IMG/VR virus record: IMGVR_UViG_3300045988_174698
Reading direction: 5' to 3' (one strand)
Source of the DNA: a virus
Length of the DNA stretch: 64,000 bases
Under the pieces are notes generated by a model. The model did not search any database and was not told the origin of the DNA. It saw only the letters and a program-made list of their open reading frames with translations. A program made the position numbers and the translations under genes. Shown in pieces: positions 60,766-64,000 of the stretch (positions within the stretch are counted from its first letter, which is position 1; each line of letters begins with the position of its first letter).

Positions 60766-63700
60766 ATGGTTTCGGATACATATTATAATGCAATGGGTTC
60801 ACGCTCATTTTATAAAGGTACATCTTTTAGATGTACAGAATGATGCTTAGAAACTCACTACTTTAACAATGAGGACTTTATTGATTTTGTATCATATAAA
60901 GGGGCTCTTCTTAGATGTACAAGAAGTCATATTTCCTCTGTTGATAATGAACCATCTCTTGTTATTAATAATAACTTAATTGTTGGAATTAATGACTCTC
61001 CTGTTTGGGAATTTATAATGGGAGGAGGATCAATTGAAACAGGTCAATTAAATATTGATTTCAAACTAGAAGACGGCCATCTTTGAGTTTTTTGTAATGA
61101 AAAATGGAAGGACTTAGGAAATGTTAAAGGAGATCAAGGTGAAACTGGAATACAAGGAATACCAGGAGACCCTGGTAAGGGAGTGCCAAGTGGGGGTAAT
61201 ACAAATCAGGTACTAGTAAAACAGTCCAATTCTGATTATGATACTATTTGAAAAACTATAAATACTTCTGGAGGAGAGCTCCCAACGTTTTCTGCAAAAG
61301 TATTGAGTACTACTAGTACGGAGGATGCTCCAGAAGCTACTGTAACTTTAAGTGACTCTAATGAATTTCAGTTTTCATTTAAATTACAAAAAGGACAAGA
61401 TGGAGTTAATGGTACTCCAGGAATTAATGGAGACGGCTTAAAGTACATATATATTCGAACTACTAAAGCAAATAAGCCAACAACTCCAACTGGTAGCGGA
61501 GAAGATGTAGAGTTGCCTACTGATGTAGAGTGGGGTCTATGAAAGTCTTCCCCTACAGGTGTAGATTCTACATATAGATGGGAATGAGTTAGTGCTAGTG
61601 TTTATATTAACGGTAGTTGAGAGTCTTATAGCGAACCATCTTTATTTGCTTATTATGCTCTTGACGGAGTTAATGGAACTGCTCCAAATTATAAAACTTA
61701 TGTTTATGCTCAATCTAACTCTAAACCAGAGAAACCCGACTTCAATACTCCTCAACCTCCTACAGAATCACAATGAAAAGATTATCCATTAAGTAGTGGA
61801 CAGTGATGGCAATGTATAGGAGTTGTAGATGGGCAAACAAATACAGTTATTCAATGAGGAGAAGTATTACCTGTAAATGGTAAGGACGGAACTGCTCAAG
61901 ATGGTAAATTTACTGAGTTTAGATTTGCGGTAAATAGTAGTAATATTACCCCTCCAAGTCTATCAAATACAGTAAGAACTCCAGAGGGATGGTCTTTAAC
62001 ACCTCCAACTAAGAGTAACTCTCAATACTTATGGATGACAACAGCAGTTATTAATCCTAATGATACTTTATTTAGAAATTGATCTACACCAATATGTATT
62101 AGTGGTGAAAATGGGGAAGCAGGACCTACTGGTGCAACTGGAGCTGCAGGTAATTGAACTTCTTATGTATTTAAAAACAGTTCCTCTACGCCAGATACTC
62201 CTACAGGCACTGATCCTGTCCCCACAGGATGATCTGATGCACCAACATCATCAGATGGTACTTGATGAATGTCTAAAGCATTAATTAGTGGAGTTACTCA
62301 AAAAGTGGTTGGAGAATGATCCGCTCCACAACGAATTACGGGAGAAAAGGGACAAGATGGTGAAGACGGAACTAATGGAACTGATGGGATTTATACAGAT
62401 TATAAATTTGCAAAAAGCTCTTCCAAAAGTGAAGTGCCATCAATTAACAAACAAAGTTCTAATCCTGGTAGTAATTGAAGCGATCAATGGCCCGTAATTA
62501 ATTCTGGAGAATTTCTCTGAATGACTTTTATTAAAAAGAATTCTAAAGATGATTCTATTGTATTAGGGGAAGAATGAGCAACTCCTGTATGTATTACAGG
62601 AGAACAGGGTCCTCAAGGTCCTATTGGATCTACAGGAGCATCAGGTACTCCAGGTGTGGGTATTGTTATGAGATTTTGTAATGGTACTGACACAGAGCCA
62701 AGTAATGCTAAACCAACAAATACATTAGATACTGCAAGTCAAGGATGAACTGTTACTCCTCCCTCAACTACAGAAGATTATCCTAGATTATGATTTATAC
62801 AGGGTAGAATAAAATATTTAAATAATGAGGATCGAGATGGGCAACTTGATGGTAGTTGAAGTGATCCTGCATTGTTTAATGGGCCTGCAGGAGTAAATGG
62901 AGAAGCAGGTAAAAAAGGTCAACTGATTTATCCAGCAGGTGTTTATGATATAAATACTACATATAGTACTACTGAAGAAAGTGCTCCTTATGTCTATGTC
63001 TATAATTCAGAATCTAGTAAATCTGGATACTACTTATTATCAGCAGTTACCAGTTGAACAGGAACTGATCATAATAATTGGTCTCCAGTTGAATCAATTG
63101 ATAATGAAGAGCATTATTGGACTAAATTTAACCACTTTGAGGCAATTTTTGCGGATGTGTCTATTTTCCCCAACTCTCTTGTTGGATCAGCTGTTTTTAA
63201 TGGAGATTATATGTTTAGTCAAACTGGTAAAGAGTCTACAGGAATAACTACAAATTATAATAAGTTTGATCCAGAAGATCTATCCAAATGATACCCTGCT
63301 TACTACATAAATTTGAGAACAGGTGAATGCTCATTAAATTTTGGCCAATGTACATTTAAATATTCAGATTTATTTAATTCAAGAACAGTAATGACTATTG
63401 AAGGAGGGATTAATATAATCCCAGATATGATATCTCCATCTAGATATGGTAGTTATATTTCTACACCTTGTATTTCAATTTTGGCAGATGAAGAAGGATT
63501 AGCAAACGGTAATATATATAAATTTGCCTTGTCAGAAGAGTACCTACCTATTACTAAGGGAGTTATTAAGGGTTCTATTGATAATTGTACATATTTAAAT
63601 GGACTAGAAGAAAATGATGAAGATTATGTTGCAATATCTCCAGCAGAAAGTACAAGTAGTAGTAAGGGAATAATAAACTTTGTGACATATCAAAACGGCA

Positions 63701-64000
63701 CCATACGAACTACAATATCTGAAATATACCTTGGGGCTGGCAGAACTTTATCATATTCATTTGTGCCAATTAAATATTTAGGAGACTCGCTTTATAGCAC
63801 GTATACTTCTATCTTTGATGTTGCAGATACAGAAGATGGAACAGCTGCTTATAGAGGTATATCTGGTATACTAAATATATCTAATGTTAATGATTTTGTA
63901 TTAATTGTTTGCCATCAACCAGGACAGGGTATACAATATGGGGGTCTTACTTTTACAAAAGCTGGGTCTTTCCTAGTTTCTAAAGTTCTTGATGTTAACC
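60766..64000 (+). CDS. tail fibre / receptor-binding protein with collagen-like Gly-X-Y repeats (3' end beyond window), over 20 in-frame TGA
   Basis: ATG 60766. Codon-by-codon reading shows no TAA/TAG through 64000 (more than 1,075 codons); track fragments 61303..61542 and 62872..63057 lie in this frame. Collagen-like runs GDQGETGIQGIPGDPGKGVPSGG, GENGEAGPTGATGAAGN, GEKGQDGEDGTNGTDG, GEQGPQGPIGSTGASGTPGVG, GPAGVNGEAGKKGQ. Confidence 0.65.

Noticed and set aside
61592-62497. Plus-strand ORFs 61592..61792, 62060..62284, 62288..62497 (also 62981..63247, 59467..59649) with low-complexity Leu/Ile/Gln-rich products
   Set aside because: They lie in the +1 or +2 frame of the long TGA-containing tail-fibre and portal reading frames and are shadow ORFs. 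The true frame is continuous when TGA is read as sense.
1-64000. Host using code 4 natively (Mollicutes) as an explanation for the low GC plus TGA sense codons
   Set aside because: The largest early genes avoid TGA entirely, a large tRNA set including a candidate UCA tRNA is phage-encoded, and Bacteroides-type promoter motifs are present. This fits better with a standard-code host and phage-driven suppression. Not excluded without a host match.

Overview
This 64-kb window is AT-rich (roughly 30% GC by eye) and looks like part of a large tailed dsDNA phage genome. It may be a crAss-like or other Bacteroidota-infecting podovirus; that assignment is unproven.

The window has two arms.
- Positions 1 to 38.6 kb are almost entirely minus-strand genes: a peptide-ligase-type metabolic module, nucleotide and cell-surface modification enzymes, many small proteins, and at least 12 tRNA genes.
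- A switch region (38.2 to 43.9 kb) holds structured RNA hairpins, a GC-rich foreign-looking gene, and two paralogous wHTH/coiled-coil genes on the plus strand, each preceded by iteron-like direct repeats.
- Positions 44 to 64 kb form the plus-strand late/structural arm: a multidomain peptidoglycan hydrolase, a holin-like protein, a PD-(D/E)xK nuclease, terminase large subunit, a portal-like gene and a collagen-repeat tail fibre that runs off the window end.

The central observation is that in-frame TGA is a sense codon in many genes on both strands. Where it falls, the aligned family motifs carry a Trp (glucosaminidase ESAWG, RNase HI W-L-K-G-H, PD-(D/E)xK LLDWKT, TerL SRGIGWS). This points to code-4-like TGA to Trp recoding, and the six-frame ORF track therefore fragments most late genes.

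Several large early genes (the amidoligase, GAT-II, ATP-grasp and GMP-reductase-like genes) contain no TGA at all, although they use TGG. That argues for a standard-code host with phage-driven, probably timed, suppression.

The only Trp-type tRNA candidate is a tRNA gene at 4852..5289, split by an ORF-less ~346-nt group I intron with recognisable R and S core elements. Under the splice-rule-compliant exon model its anticodon is UCA, which reads opal (UGA). An HNH homing endonuclease gene sits directly downstream of it.

A second group I intron core (R element GTTCAACGACTA, S element GATATAGTC) interrupts the portal-like gene near 58.4 to 58.7 kb.

Other notable content: a TarI/IspD-like cytidylyltransferase with a LicD-family transferase (a surface-glycan or phosphopolyol modification pair); a ParB-like nuclease; an SPFH/flotillin-like protein; a free-standing opposite-strand HNH gene; aberrant or fragmentary tRNA-like loci; and unusually long ORF-free blocks in the early arm.

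All coordinates and functional calls come from manual reading of the sequence. No database searches were run.
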